DNA of 63,213 bases, filler included, from Squatina squatina (taxonomy: Eukaryota), in assembly GCA_031763465.1 (NCBI GenBank). It is 4 parts of 4 records of this genome, joined end to end, with 100 filler letters (N's around TTAATTAATTAA, not from the genome) between each part and the next. Parts side by side here need not be neighbours in the genome. Positions count along the whole stretch, not along the records: positions 1 to 17,061 come from JARFOE010000057.1; positions 17,162 to 30,351 come from JARFOE010000194.1; 2 more parts are not named here. One strand, given 5' to 3'. Below are positions 12,068 to 26,155 of this stretch, in pieces. The notes beneath the pieces were generated by a model, which made no database searches, was not told the DNA's origin, and saw only the letters and a program-made list of their open reading frames with translations. The first letter of the stretch is position 1. Every line of letters begins with the position of its first letter. The position numbers and the translations under genes were made by a program.

Positions 12068-13291
12068 ACGCTTTCTCTCTCTCTATTTCTTTCACTTATT
12101 GTTCTCTTGAATCGTGTCAACTTTTCTCACTCACATTTACCTCCCTCCCTATGTGTCCCTATTTGGCTCCAGCTTCTTTTCACCAGTTACTTGTTACTAG
12201 GTTCAGCACCTACAACACTGTTCCTTGTGACTGGTGAACTTAATTATAATAATTGTGTTGATTCTGAAATCCCAGGATTTTTAGGCTGTCATACCTGGAA
12301 TTTCAGAATGGTTTTATTGAACAGGACTGAATGCAGGATTGCACACCCTATACTGGTATCTCAGAGTAATTTCAGGGTCTTATTCAGTTAATAGAATGTG
12401 CTGTAGTAGGTGTGAAAAATGCTAACTTGTAGGATGAAACTTGGAATTACTTTTGTTTAAAAAGGATTGCTTTCCTTCTGTTCTCAGTAATGGAATATTA
12501 TTTGCAACCTGCATGTTGTGGATACTCAGTGAAATCCATGGAATGCCTCCCCCCGAGATGGTCTGTGCCCCAAAGCCTCCTGTACCAGGTGTTGATCTGG
12601 ACAGCAGACTCCCTGCTTTGTAAAACCTGGGCAGTCCCATTATTAAAGCTCTAATTTTCAGAGAGCAATTAGGACTTCATTTTTTGTGTTGGATACTTGC
12701 TGTGCTCTTCTGGTAGAACCTTTCATATTTCTATAGTTGTCAATCGTTCCTACTTCTTTGTACAGTTTGGGGAGAAAATTAGATATGGAATGCAAATAGA
12801 ATTCAGTGCTGGATGGGTTAAGTAACTAAAGAGCTTCGGAATAAATTCATTCTGTTGGCATCCTGCATCAGGTAAGGTTAGATGTGGGAGGTTCTAGCTG
12901 TCTTTTTAAAAGCATATAATGACAGAAGAATCTGAAAAGAAAAGCGGAAGCTATAATTACACGACCCTGTGACCGTCAAAAAATGATGTGAATTTGCATT
13001 TGTGATGCAGTAATCTCCGAGGTTCGGAATGTTCATACCCACACTCCCCAAGCAATTACCACTACATTGTAAAGCAGACAGCCTTATCAGCTCCAGTTCT
13101 GTGGTGAACATATGTGAAGAGTAGGCCCCAGATACAAATGCACTCTCTGCTCAGTAGCCAGAGCTGAAGGCTACAGAAATCACTGCTAGTGTAAAAGATT
13201 TATATTATCAGAAATGTTTGCTGTGCGTATTTATTCTGCAATTTCATTTTTTAATTCCATGTTTTACAGCTTGTTTTTGAATCCTACCTAC

Positions 13292-13376
13292 TTCCTTTTA
13301 CAAAAGCAAGATACTGCAGGTGCTGGAAATCTGAAATAAAAACAGAGAATGTTGGAAATACTCAGCAGGTCAGGCA
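13292..13376. repeat. Common chondrichthyan interspersed repeat end (Penelope-like-derived)
   Basis: ctgcaggtgctggaaatctgaaataaaaacagagaatgttggaaatactcagcaggtcaggca. A degenerate opposite-orientation copy lies at about 708-820. Confidence 0.55.
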
Positions 13377-13965
13377 NNNNNNNNNNNNNNNNNNNNNNNN
13401 NNNNNNNNNNNNNNNNNNNNNNNNNNNNNNNNNNNNNNNNNNNNNNNNNNNNNNNNNNNNNNNNNNNNNNNNNNNNGGAGAGGTTTAGGGAGGGAATTCC
13501 AAAGAGTACAACTGAGGCAGCTGAATGCTGATGTAGCAGTGGTGTGGCAAAGGGAGGAAGGATGCACAGAAGACCAAAACCAAAATATCTGAGCATTTGG
13601 AAGGGATATAGAACTGAAGCAAATTTCGGATATTAGTTGGAGCAAGGTCATGGAGTATTTATAGACAAGGACAAAGATTTGTGCCTCGGATGCATTTAAT
13701 AATTTTCACAAGTATATCTTACTTTTAATTCCTTCCTTTGGGACAGGTTCTTGTTGTAAATGGTTTAGAGCTGTGAGCAAAAATGTTAGACTTCTGTCAG
13801 TTAAATAAAAGTTGGATTCAGAGTTGTGCAATCATTATTTCGCAAATTGTATCATAAGAACAGACCAATTTTTAAAATCAGGAAAAGCCATCATATCCAA
13901 AATAAAAATATCCCTGTTCCTTTCCTAAGCAAAAGAATTTAGATGGGTTGCACTCCGAAACTAGG

Positions 13966-14350
13966 AAACTATTGTTAATAGATGTGACATTGCAGGACGT
14001 CAGAAAGCTATGAATAAGAAGTGTGACAGGGCAGGACGGCAGAAAGCTGTGGTTCATGGTTGTGACAAAGGACATTATAAAGCTATTGTTAATGAGTTTT
14101 ATAGTACAGATTATTAAAAAACTGTTATTAATGAATGTGCTAGTGCAAGATGCTAGAAAGTTATTGTTAATGAATGTGGTAGTACAGGGTATTTGAAAGG
14201 TTATTAACAAATATGCCAGTGCAGGATATTATAAGTTGGTTTCTACTGAATGTGATAATGCNNNNNNNNNNACAGGGCATGGTATTAGCTGTTGTTAATG
14301 TGCGTGAGAGGGTATTATAAAGATAACAAGTGTGATAATGCAAGATGCTA
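13966..14350. repeat. Degenerate ~39-bp minisatellite
   Basis: A unit like ctattgttaatgaatgtgatagtgcaggatgctagaaag recurs about 8-9 times. Confidence 0.8.
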
Positions 14351-14699
14351 TTGGTCCACCATGCATACAGGACAATAGAAAGACCCAGGATTATAACCAT
14401 GATTTCACACATGGTGCGTTCCAGCAAAGGGAAATATTAAGTTAAGCCTGGTGGGAAATGGAGAATTGAAGTGTTAAAGTTGTCATGACTTTTCTCTCCC
14501 CCTCTACAGAGAGACACTGACAGAGGGAATGCATTAGGACACACACATGGCTTCTCAGCTGGAAATTGTGTGCAGTGTGATGAGTCTTTTTTAGAATTCT
14601 ACCTATATTTTTGTGTGATTTTTTTTTTTCTCATCAGAGTGAGAGATATCTGTGCTTGGAAATGAAACACTTTCCACTTCTTAAATAATGGACCTGAAA

Positions 14700-15860
14700 A
14701 TACTAGGGAGCCACAATTCGTCTGCGCCCAAACGGGCCACAGCATTCGGGCCCCCATAGTTCGAACTCTGCTGGTGACGCGGCCTTAGTGACTTAGTCAC
14801 CGTTCCGGGCCAGACCAAGGCAAGGGCCGCTGGCTTGCGGATTGGTCAGGGATCCAGGGCCCACTGGACCACCAGGGACCANNNNNNNNNNGGAAATCTC
14901 AATAGAATGTGTTGGCATGCTTGGTCCTGAGGCGATTGGCAGCCAAACATTGGCCGACAATAAAGTCGGCTGATGTTGCAAGCTGATGGCCGCCGGCACT
15001 GCACGTGCGCCTTTAAAGGCCCCTGGCAATGACAGGGGAAACCTGTCATTGCCGACGTCAATGGCGTCGCGGGGCAGGAAGTCTCCAATCCTAGAGGCGG
15101 CATCCCCGCGACGCACAGGGGTGTCGCGGCCGGCCGCAGAGGGGTTAGCACGCGATGTGATGATGTTGCATGTCCAACCTTGGTGCCACCGGCGTTGCAC
15201 CATATACACTGCCGGGGCACCAGGCCCAATTCTCCATTTGGTATTTTTTGATGCAATGCTCATTTCATGCCTGTGCCTCGAGCCCTTCTGCTTCTACCGC
15301 TTCCGACCAGNNNNNNNNNNNNNNNNNNNNNNNNNNNNNNNNNNNNNNNNNNNNNNNNNNNNNNNNNNNNNNNNNNNNNNNNNNNNNNNNNNNNNNNNNN
15401 NNNNNNNNNNGGGAGTCCTGTTCGCCAAATCAGTGGCCGACACCTCCCAGGCGATCTCAGCCCACAGTGCCCTCGCCATCTGGGATCCCATCCTTTGACC
15501 GATTGGCATGAAGAGTCGTGCCCCCCAAGCCTCCACCGATGCCACCAGAGTCTCTAACGCTTGGTCCATGAAAAGCCAGGCCCTCTGTGCTGGAGCTGCA
15601 GCAGCCATCATGCATCTTTCACACACCACACACAGCAGATAGTGAGGCTGCATATTGCCTTTAAGGGCTGAAGGGGTCTGGAAAATGATTAGCACCAAAT
15701 GCAATGCTCGTGGAATTGGCCCAGTTCAGACTGCTTCTCCCCCTTAGTGCCACAGCTGATTAGCACCCCCATGAAGCCCCATTAGCGCCACCACTGAATT
15801 TCTTTCAAAGCAACCAAAGCCCCATTTTTTGGCAGGACCCTGAAACCGGTGCTAAAAATC
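14700..15860. mobile_element. GC/CpG-rich degenerate interspersed repeat(s), probably non-autonomous DNA transposon remnants
   Basis: Abrupt GC/CpG-rich block with overlapping spurious ORFs and no recognisable protein. Similar blocks lie at about 17200-17815, 27900-28430, 31750-32450 and 47800-47950. Confidence 0.4.
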
Positions 15861-16875
15861 CTTTTTTCAGCAGATAACGTTGTCAACATGGCACTAACCA
15901 ATTGGGACCCCTTAAGAGTTTTCACTTCAAATATCTCTTGTCTTTTCTTTGGAACGAGACAACTGGCGGGGACCAGCCTCTTGTATCCCAGCCAAGTGAC
16001 CATTCTTCGTCTCCACACAGTGGCTATTGGATAACTTCTTGACCACAGGGGCTTTGAAAGCTGAACCAATTTTGTCCTTCCCCAATTTCCACATACGCAC
16101 ACTTTCCAGCAGGATCGCAATCAGGAATGTGGACCCTGGCTGATGTATTTCTTTCCTGAACCCAGCAATATTGAGGTGACTAACTCAACACAGACTAGTA
16201 TTCAAGACTGAGATCCTCCTGGTCTGTACAGCTCAATGGCTCAATACAACACCCTTTACCACTGACCCATCAGGGAGCCATCAAAACAGACTGTAAAGGT
16301 TTGTTTGCTGTGAGTGTAACTATATAAGTACTAAGTTAAGGAGTTATTCTGCCTTCGAGATTGTGGTCTAGAAATGAAGAGGAAACTAATTTCCATTCTT
16401 TCAGATTAATCACAGTGTTGAATGAATGCCAATCTGTTTGTCTATTCAAAATAGAATAATGTCACAACCCCTCTCATAAATTCATCAAAAACAGAGGTTT
16501 TAATAGTGTCCCTCATCCTTATAAGATCGGGCTCGTGTGGACAGGCACCCTTCCCTCTCTTGAATTCTATTTCCAGTGTACAAATATAACTGAAAGATTT
16601 AGCAGTGCCCAGTGCTTGAATTCTGATCTGACACGTCTTATCAGGTGGACAGGATAAAAAGTATCTAATTTCATGAAGGATTCATTTCAACAGCTTTTTA
16701 GCCGTGCTTTTGAACAGGGGAGGAAATTCATATTAAAAGTATCCTCTCCTTCACCATGTATTGAGCCTTTTTAATAAACACAAAATTAGTGGATACAAAA
16801 AACTGTAAGCACTTCAGGAATGCAATTCACCAAATGTTTGAAATAATGGAATTTCCATATTTATTTATTTTCTAG

Positions 16876-16926
16876 GCTAATGGAAGTGATGGAATGTACA
16901 AATACGAAGAGATAATCCTGGAACGT
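16876..16926 (+). CDS. DLG3: DLG3 exon leading into PDZ1
   Basis: Acceptor ttattttctag, donor CGT|gtgagt, 51 nt, phase 0-0. It encodes ANGSDGMYKYEEIILER (SAP102: VNGSDGMFKYEEIVLER). Confidence 0.93.
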
Positions 16927-17105
16927 GTGAGTAGTGCAGTTTGTCTCTCCATGTAATTGTGTAATAATAATTATGCTTCCTCCAACTGGAATGTTTACAG
17001 CAGTATTTTCTCCATCGGGGTTGTTTTTAACCCTTTCTGTCCTGCAGAACACAGGTGGATGNNNNNNNNNNNNNNNNNNNNNNNNNNNNNNNNNNNNNNN
17101 NNNNN

Positions 17106-17117
17106 TTAATTAATTAA
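17106..17117. other. Artificial scaffold linker
   Basis: TTAATTAATTAA (stops in all six frames) flanked by 44 N on each side. Confidence 0.95.
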
Positions 17118-20100
17118 NNNNNNNNNNNNNNNNNNNNNNNNNNNNNNNNNNNNNNNNNNNNTTGATCTGATTGACCATTCTTCCTTGTAAGTCAGTTATG
17201 ACCCAACTTTAACTGGGGGCCAGTTTACGGTAGGTGAATTTTGTTTTCAGTTCAAAACTCACCCACGCGGGGAAGAAAAGAGGCCTTTAATTGCCGGGCC
17301 TCATTTAAAGGCCGACTCCCCGCTCGCACGACTGGAGGTTGCCTTCCCGAGTAGATGGGTCCACGGGATTGGCTGCCAGGCCATCCAGCTGGGGTACGCA
17401 TAATCGGGAAGGGAAGGGGGAGATCGCCACAGTAGTGGCCTCTAATTTCCTGCAGGTCACGGTGGAGAACTTCTGCTCCTCCTCGCCCCTCAAGGAAGCA
17501 AAGACATTTTTACAAACTTACCTTTATGAGTTTCTCCTGGTGCTGGGTTGGCCTGGTGGGGCACCGGTTGCCGTGTTCAGGCCCCTTAGTAAATGTTACA
17601 GTTGGGTCTCGATGCCATCATTGGGGGCCCGACATACATATGCTAAAAAGGACCCGGCTAGCTTTGGTCTGGTGTCCGTGCAGACTGCTCAGGAGAACAG
17701 GTTAAAATTGAAACCTGTCAGGTCCTGGTGGCTTCAGAATGGGTAAGCACCTTGGGGAAATTTAACTGCCCACCTGTTCAGTTTCCGCCAGGTGGTTAGG
17801 GTTAAAATCAGCCCCTTAGTCTCAGATGCAACATATACAATGTGACCTTCTAATGGAGACTAGATTTATCTATTGATTGTTGTAACACAACTGTAGCTGT
17901 GCTTCATACTATTCATTACTTATGATCAGGTGGGCAACACCTCAGAGCTGGACGTTGTTTTGATGATACTTTGAAACCTTGCGCAGAGTGTTTATATCAC
18001 TACTTGTTATTTTAATTCCCCCACCATTGCAACCACCACTCGCTCCCAGCTCATAATCAGCCTCGAACATCATTAACAAAACTTAGCAAAACATTCCCAA
18101 TACTTTTTATTCCTTTATGTAACTGATGAGCTATACAGGGAACAAATACCACAGGGTGGTGCTATTTTTGTAAAATTAGTGCTAACACAGGATCATGAGA
18201 AACTGAGCGAAAGAATACTCGCAACGTGCTCTTTTTAAAGGGGGACATTAAGTTCATGCTTTCTCATCCCTCTGGTGGTAGTAAGACTAAATTTTTAATC
18301 TGCCATTCACTACCTTTCTCAGAGCTGTGTGAAAGAGAAAGATGCAACATTTAGTGAAGACCCTCTGGTGCCGCAGATAATTTGTGTTGTGGAGGGAACA
18401 ATGTACAACTTTCTGAAACTTAATTTATTTGTGACCCTGAGCAGCTGCTGCAAGTCCAATTAGTACAAAACAGGTAGGATGGTGATAGGTTGTACCTACA
18501 GAGATATCTGCAAAAGCCAGATGCACAATAGCAGCTGTGGAGTGGCCATTTGGTGTTTTAATGAGATCTAAAGCCCCTGTGAGCTGATGAATGAAAGGCA
18601 GGATGACAGAGCAGCTGCAAAACTAATGATGAGCTTTCAACTGTGAAAAAAAATCATAAAACCCTAAAGACACCTCTCAGTCACATCTGTTTTCCATTTC
18701 CCTTCTCCAGTCTTTCAGTACTGGAGCCCATCCACACAGCGCTGTAGTTTAATTAAAGCCTGATCGCTCGGGGAAGTGAGAATGCCAGGACTTTTTCCCA
18801 CAATTCATGGGTCTACCATCCCCACCTCAGGCCAGCTTCTTGGTGTGCGTGTGGTTTGGGATTTTGGTTTGGGTTCTTTCTTTCCACTCGATCTTTAAGC
18901 TATGCCCAACGATTCTATTGCAATTAAGATCAGTTTAAAATGTAGTCAGTACAATGATAATACAGTCTAACAGTCCATTTCTCCTAAGTGTAGTGCATCA
19001 TTCCCTTGAAAAGGTTGACAACTCAATGAAGCTGAACTCAAATGGTAAAGGCCCTTTCATAGAATTAACTTCTCTGTTGCTAATTTGCTGGTTTTACTTT
19101 CTGTGGTCAGACCAATGTATAATTATCTATTTAGAGCTTTAGGTGACTATTATGTTTCTATCTTGGTATGGATTCTGGGTAAAATGATATGAATGAAGAA
19201 AGATGTTTCCTATGCAAAGTTCCTCTTCCATTTTATAATTATTAGTACCTAAATGTTTGCTGATATAAGTCTTTCCCAAAATAAATTGTAACAATTTACA
19301 GCTTTTATTTTAGATAATATTTGAATACATTTGGATATTTTTAAGAACTGAGATTATTTTTAAATTTAGTATATCATTCATATTAGGAAAATAGGTTGCA
19401 TCTTGTAGGTTATATCAAACATTCATAAGCGCACATTCAAATATAAAAGTCTCATTGGCTCTTTCATTCTAAAATATATTTTTCATATAAAGTACACTTA
19501 TACGATGAAAAAATCTTTTTTATANNNNNNNNNNNNNNNNNNNNNNNNNNNNNNNNNNNNNNNNNNNNNNNNNNNNNNNNNNNNNNNNNNNNNNNNNNNN
19601 NNNNNNNNNNNNNNNNNNNNNNNNGTTCTGGGAAAGCAGCCGCCCAAGCAAGAGCAAAATTAATGACATTAAATGATTTTCTGTAAGAGTTAGGCTTCAG
19701 TGTTTGTCTTGGATTTAAGTTATTTGAATTCTCTTCCCAATTCTCGAGTGCTGTTTCTGAGGTAGTTACTCACAGCTTGAAGTTCACGCTGAAGTCAATA
19801 TTTATGAACCGTGCTACAAAGACTTAGGGGGCCCATTTGGATTGCGCCACACTGGTAACGTAAGTTGCCGAATAGGCATGGGTTTTGCACTGTTTCTGCG
19901 TTATTGGGCTCTTTAATTGTTTTTTTTCAGGCAGGGTCTAAATGGGGCTCAAGATCATCATAACAAGGTGCAGCTGCAGACAGCTCGCACATTTGGCCTC
20001 GGTGGTGGTGGGAGCACTAAAAGGTCTGATGAAATTGTACTGGGGTACCAACAGGCGAGTCGGACTAAACCAGTTACATGTGCTAACTAGAAAGGAGCAT

Positions 20101-21877
20101 GCAAAGGAATTTGAAATCTTCCTGGCAGTGCAGATGCAAACATTTAATATGCTTTCTTCACTGTGCATTTGACGCCCCCTCCAGTTACCTTAACGTCATT
20201 GTGCGGAATTAAAAACATAAAACCCTTCAAAGAGTTGGCACTTGTCCCTGCCCCTCTCCCCACACACTACATTGAGTACACAGGACTTTTGCCACCCTTG
20301 TCATACAGCAAGGTTATGCATACAATTCTTCAAATCTCTCAAGATCTTTTGTAAGCTTCTAAATATATGAAAGTCATTTATATTGTTCATAAAATATAAA
20401 TAAATAATGCTCAGAAACAATGTTGTTTAATTTGAATTCCAGCAAGAAGCATAATTTGGTCAGTCATCAATATTAATCAATATCTATAATATTTAAAGAT
20501 ATATAGCTACAAATTAATCTAATCTGTAATGAGTCATAGTTGCAGAAAGGATTATCAATAAAAAATATTCTGGCATTTAAACTTATTCTCAGGACAATTC
20601 ACGAGATNNNNNNNNNNNNNNNNNNNNNNNNNNNNNNNNNNNNNNNNNNNNNNNNNNNNNNNNNNNNNNNNNNNNNNNNNNNNNNNNNNNNNNNNNNNNN
20701 NNNNNNNTCCCTGCATGGAACACATACAATCCATTCTGTTACTGAGTCTACCGCGCCTATTTAAAAACCTTGAGACTTGGTCACGTAGCAACATTGAGAG
20801 GCTAGTGGAGAAGCCCAAAGTTCAGAATGTCTTACCTTCTGGCTCAAGAAAGATACATTGCACAGAGTGGAAAAAACCCAGAGGAACTTGTTTATGTGCG
20901 ACATTTAAAAAAAAATGATTCTTTAACCAAATAAATTTCTTGCTGCAGAGTGGAAAACATGTTTATGACTGACTGCATGGCAAAACCAAGGACATGTTTT
21001 TAATGTTGTTGCTTCTTTCAGAAGGAATGCAATCTGACTCCAATAATTTTACCCGCAACCTGCCAATAAATTCTCTGCGCGCCACATCACATCTTAGATC
21101 CCTGCTCTTGATTGCACGTGACAGCTTGTTAAACCTTAAATGCCAATTACACGCTTTTCTTGCTGAGTGCAGATTTTTCTCCAAATAATGATGAATCGAG
21201 GAATTAATAATCGCTCGCCTTGAGCCCCATTCCACACTGAATTATAAACAGGCAGGTAAACTGGATGCCCATCCCCGATAACTGCATTTGCTGTCAAAAA
21301 GATCCTGCTTTACCTAATAAATCTGTCAACACATCTTTATACCTCCTCACAGCATAGCCACTCTGATCATAGTTTGGCAAAAGCATGTGCTGCCTCTGTC
21401 TGTACAAAGGAAACAAAGTTTCTCAACAACGCAAAAAGTAACACATTTACAATTTGCAATAAAAGGTGCTTATTTTTCCTAATATGCCTAAAATCAGATC
21501 ACTCTTGTAGTTTCATGCGTATATGTATACATTTTTCATTCTTAAACTGTGGAAAAAAGATGTCATCTAATCAGGGACAGTTAATGCGCTTTCTGCCAGG
21601 CCAGGCTCCTTTGAACTGGATAATCAAAACTGGCTGTGTAATATAAAACATCTTTTGAACATAGAAACCGTGTAAATTCTGGCTTAAACAGATAAAAACA
21701 GTTCAGTTTCACTAATCATCACATGTGTTCGCAGCTGAACAGGCAATATTTTAGCCTAGCCTAGTGCAGAGAAGGACCACTCTTGTTTTGCCATACTGGA
21801 GTGTGGACTGATGCCTGTTTTATATGGTTTGACGTGATTGCACATCTTGAAATTCATAACTTACTGAGTTAGATGGT

Positions 21878-22058
21878 TCATAGAATGGTTACAGCACAGA
21901 AGGAGGCCATTCGGCCTGATGAGCTCATGCCGGCTCTCTGCAAGATCACTTCAGCTAGTCCCACTCCCACGCCCTTTCCCCATAGCACTGCAATTTTTTT
22001 TCCTTCAGGTACTTATCCAATTCCCTTTTGCATCTGCCTCCACCACCCTTTCAGGCAG
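21878..22058 (-). mobile_element. CR1-type LINE 3' end
   Basis: catagaatggttacagcacagaaggaggccattcggcc...ccaccaccctttcaggcag. Related fragments lie at about 1494-1640, 8560-8672 and 40728-40835. Confidence 0.7.
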
Positions 22059-25000
22059 NNNNNNNNNNNNNNNNNNNNNNNNNNNNNNNNNNNNNNNNNN
22101 NNNNNNNNNNNNNNNNNNNNNNNNNNNNNNNNNNNNNNNNNNNNNNNNNNNNNNNNNNCTAAAGTGTGCCTCCTGGTTTGCGGATCAATAAAGAGCATTT
22201 ACTGCTTCCCTAGTGATATCCACAAACTGAATTATCTTGGTCTCCCGATCAAGAAGGATATCATGAATGTGGAGGGGTGGTGGGCCAATGGGAAGGGGGA
22301 GGGCAGGGAGGTTGGTTATAAGAAGATTTTTTTTTTAAATCCATAGGAAAGAAACAAAGAAAGAAATACTGTGACAGATAATAGTGCTAATCATTGCACA
22401 CAACACAGTAGCATGATAGAGCAGCAGTAGTTAGCTGTACAGCAAGATTCACAATAGTCAGTAATCACATTGGTCTTTTTGGAATGTCAAAAGGATGGGA
22501 TTACTTCCCTTGATGGCACAGGCTCAGCACAATTCTGGCAGCCGATGCCTCTGCAACACAAAGGTTAGCACTGTTTGGCTTTGCACAGAGAGTTAATCCC
22601 TGATAGTTTTTTGTACTTTTTCTATTACATGAACCCTAAACTGTCTGGTTAGGTGAAAGCTTGTGTGTTTGGATCCTTTTACATTTTGGGTTTTTAGTGC
22701 AGTGGAATAGAACGATGCTGCTGATTTATGCTATTCTTAACAAAGAAATAAAAGACAACAAAGCAGGTTCAAATTACCAGAAAATTGGGACTTCTTGGAG
22801 ATTGAAGGTNNNNNNNNNNNNNNNNNNNNNNNNNNNNNNNNNNNNNNNNNNNNNNNNNNNNNNNNNNNNNNNNNNNNNNNNNNNNNNNNNNNNNNNNNNN
22901 NNNNNNNNNCTCGCAAAGCTCAGTGCTGGAAATCACTTTTCTTGTCTAAGCGTTGGATCTGTCAAGACAGATCTTGGCTGATTGCAAGTGCCAGATCTGC
23001 GGGCATGCGCAGAGCAGCCACAGATTTGGCACTTGCGAGGTCTCCCCGGGTGCGAGGGAACATCGTTCCCACCCAGGGATATTGCAATTTCAGGGCCAAT
23101 ATGTTATATTTTCATTCCAATTACTGCTGGGAGCGAGCTGTATCAGTTTTGCTCAGAGCCACTGCTAATCATGGAAGACCTTTCAATGGTGGAAATGCAC
23201 TATTCTGGAAGTTGTGAAGGAAAACCGAATCCTCAACCTTTTCTTGTTTACAACAAAATTTTAGTGATGCTGTAATGCTGAAAATTTGCTGAATTCTGAA
23301 GATTTGCTTTCACCAGATCTCCATTGTAGTACTGGCCCTGCAGCATAACATGAATGGAGATCACCTATGGCGGATAAGGATTAATCATGGTGGCTGAAAC
23401 TTTCCACTGTGTGCTTGCCACCCCATAATTTTCCTGTCTATTAAAATGGCTGTGGGAAGGTTGCATGCTGGCAAGTGCAAAGCTGAAAACCCCAACTAAT
23501 TTGTATAAGTAGGTGGAAGATATGTTGATGAAGACTGAATATAGCAGACAGTGTTTATTCCTCATTTGTACCTTAGCCAGAAAATAAAATATGGCTATAC
23601 AGAGGATACTCTTGATTCCATATTGCTAAAAGGCAGGTACTGTGTTATCTCCAAAAGTAATAAAGTGTGCATATTAATATACAGTAGCATACACTGCACT
23701 ACGCCATGTGTGGAATCTTCCATGTGTAGCCTGGTAAAGTGTCGTGCAAGATTACCAATGAAAATATAACTTTAATGCTCAAAATTTGAAATGATTTGCA
23801 AAACAAGGCTTTCACAACTGTCTTTATTGAAGGGCACCTCCTGAAAGCAGGTGTGAGTCAGCAATGATACCACTTATGGCCCCCTCTGCCACTCAGAGAA
23901 CTCTACTCTCACTTCAGCCAGAAGCTGAGTGATGGCACATGGCTCTTACAGGAAATAGTCCTGTTTCATTATAATTGCCTCATGTGTGGTATCAACAATT
24001 TAAAGCACTTGGGTTTTACCTAAGCTATCCTGTCTCTGATGCAGGTTGTAGAAATATCTCCGAGATCAACAGGAACCTCGTTCAGTTCTCCAAGCTTTAG
24101 AATGATTCCTGAAGTGAAATTAAGTAGCACATCTGAGTTTGGGGCACCATCGCTGGAAGATCAGTGTATCTGGAAAGAAAAGATCGTGTTGGACAAATTT
24201 GGACCTCATTGAAAATCACTGTAACCAAGGCAAATAAACAAATCAGAATATATCGAATAACTTTTATTTTGTAATGCAATAACTGTTGAAGTATGTCTGT
24301 TTGAGAAGTAGTTGTCTTTTTGTTGACATGTATAAATGTTCTTTAGCTGAACCCTTTTAACTGCAGCAATGTTAATCCCACGTTAGAGGCCTTTCTCTCT
24401 GCAAGCCTTTCTTCCTTTAAGAACAAAATCCATCTATTTAATCGAGCTTTTGGTCATCTCTCGAAACCTCCCCTTGGCACCCATTTTCCTCATACCTCTA
24501 TAAAGTGCTTTGGGACTTTTTTATGTTAAAAGTGCTATATAAATGTAAGTTCTTATTTATGCTGGAGCACAGCCACTGTTTGAAGCACAGATACTTTTCA
24601 CAGGCTAAATTCTGCTCAAAACCCAAATCTTAATGTTGGAACCAGGTGGTTTGTGGTGCAAGTGGGACTTGATGGTTATTACTCTTTCATCTCTGTGACT
24701 TGAGATTCAATGCAGCTGAGAACGAGGCGATGGAGGCCTCCTCTTCCTGCCAGCAATAAGAAATCCTGAATAAAACGACTTCCACCAATTCAGCTCAGCT
24801 TCCATTGAGCGAAGGCCCAAGTAACAGAACTGCGGAGAATTCAGAACTTACTACCAATAAATGGTTACTCTCACAGACAAAAGTCCATATCGATGCTTAT
24901 GGTGTGGGAAATGAAAATGCTGCACCAGTACAGTAGGGGGTGCTGTACTCTACGTCTACCTTTACATTACCTGACTTGGAGAGCGTTTGATACTGACACT

Positions 25001-26155
25001 GGGTGCATGAGATGGGAAGAGTTCCACGTTGCAAGTAAATTGGGTGGAAGTGACATCATGACACTTTGCGCTCTTTTTTCTTTCATTGCTACCTAATTTG
25101 TGCTGTTATCTCTTCTCGAGCATATAAAATAGGTTTTCTGGGTTGCTGTGCACGATGGAGAAGGCAGGAGAGAATATAAAGTGCCTACCAACAACAATGA
25201 GCACAATGAAAAACATATATACATATCACACCTTTAACTCTTGCTGGTGACGCGTGGCTCTNNNNNNNNNNNNNNNNNNNNNNNNNNNNNNNNNNNNNNN
25301 NNNNNNNNNNNNNNNNNNNNNNNNNNNNNNNNNNNNNNNNNNNNNNNNNNNNNNNNNNNNNNNNNNNNNNNNNNNNNNNNNNNNNNNNNNNNNNNNNNNN
25401 NNNNNNNNNNNNNNNNNNNNNNNNNNNNNNNNNNNNNNNNNNNNNNNNNNNNNNNNNNNNNNNNNNNNNNNNNNNNNNNNNNNNNNNNNNNNNNNNNNNN
25501 NNNNNNNNNNNNNNNNNNNNNNNNNNNNNNNNNNNNNNNNNNNNNNNNNNNNNNNNNNNNNNNNNNNNNNNNNNNNNNNNNNNNNNNNNNNNNNNNNNNN
25601 NNNNNNNNNNNNNNNNNNNNNNNNNNNNNNNNNNNNNNNNNNNNNNNNNNNNNNNNNNNNNNNNNNNNNNNNNNNNNNNNNNNNNNNNNNNNNNNNNNNN
25701 NNNNNNNNNNNNNNNNNNNNNNNNNNNNNNNNNNNNNNNNNNNNNNNNNNNNNNNNNNNNNNNNNNNNNNNNNNNNNNNNNNNNNNNNNNNNNNNNNNNN
25801 NNNNNNNNNNNNNNNNNNNNNNNNNNNNNNNNNNNNNNNNNNNNNNNNNNNNNNNNNNNNNNNNNNNNNNNNNNNNNNNNNNNNNNNNNNNNNNNNNNNN
25901 NNNNNNNNNNNNNNNNNNNNNNNNNNNNNNNNNNNNNNNNNNNNNNNNNNNNNNNNNNNNNNNNNNNNNNNNNNNNNNNNNNNNNNNNNNNNNNNNNNNN
26001 NNNNNNNNNNNNNNNNNNNNNNNNNNNNNNNNNNNNNNNNNNNNNNNNNNNNNNNNNNNNNNNNNNNNNNNNNNNNNNNNNNNNNNNNNNNNNNNNNNNN
26101 NNNNNNNNNNNNNNNNNNNNNNNNNNNNNNNNNNNNNNNNNNNNNNNNNNNNNNN

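Noticed and set aside
12441-12623. Proline-rich ORF as the missing ASPAPLLVN-type DLG3 exon
   Set aside because: No sequence match and poor splice sites.
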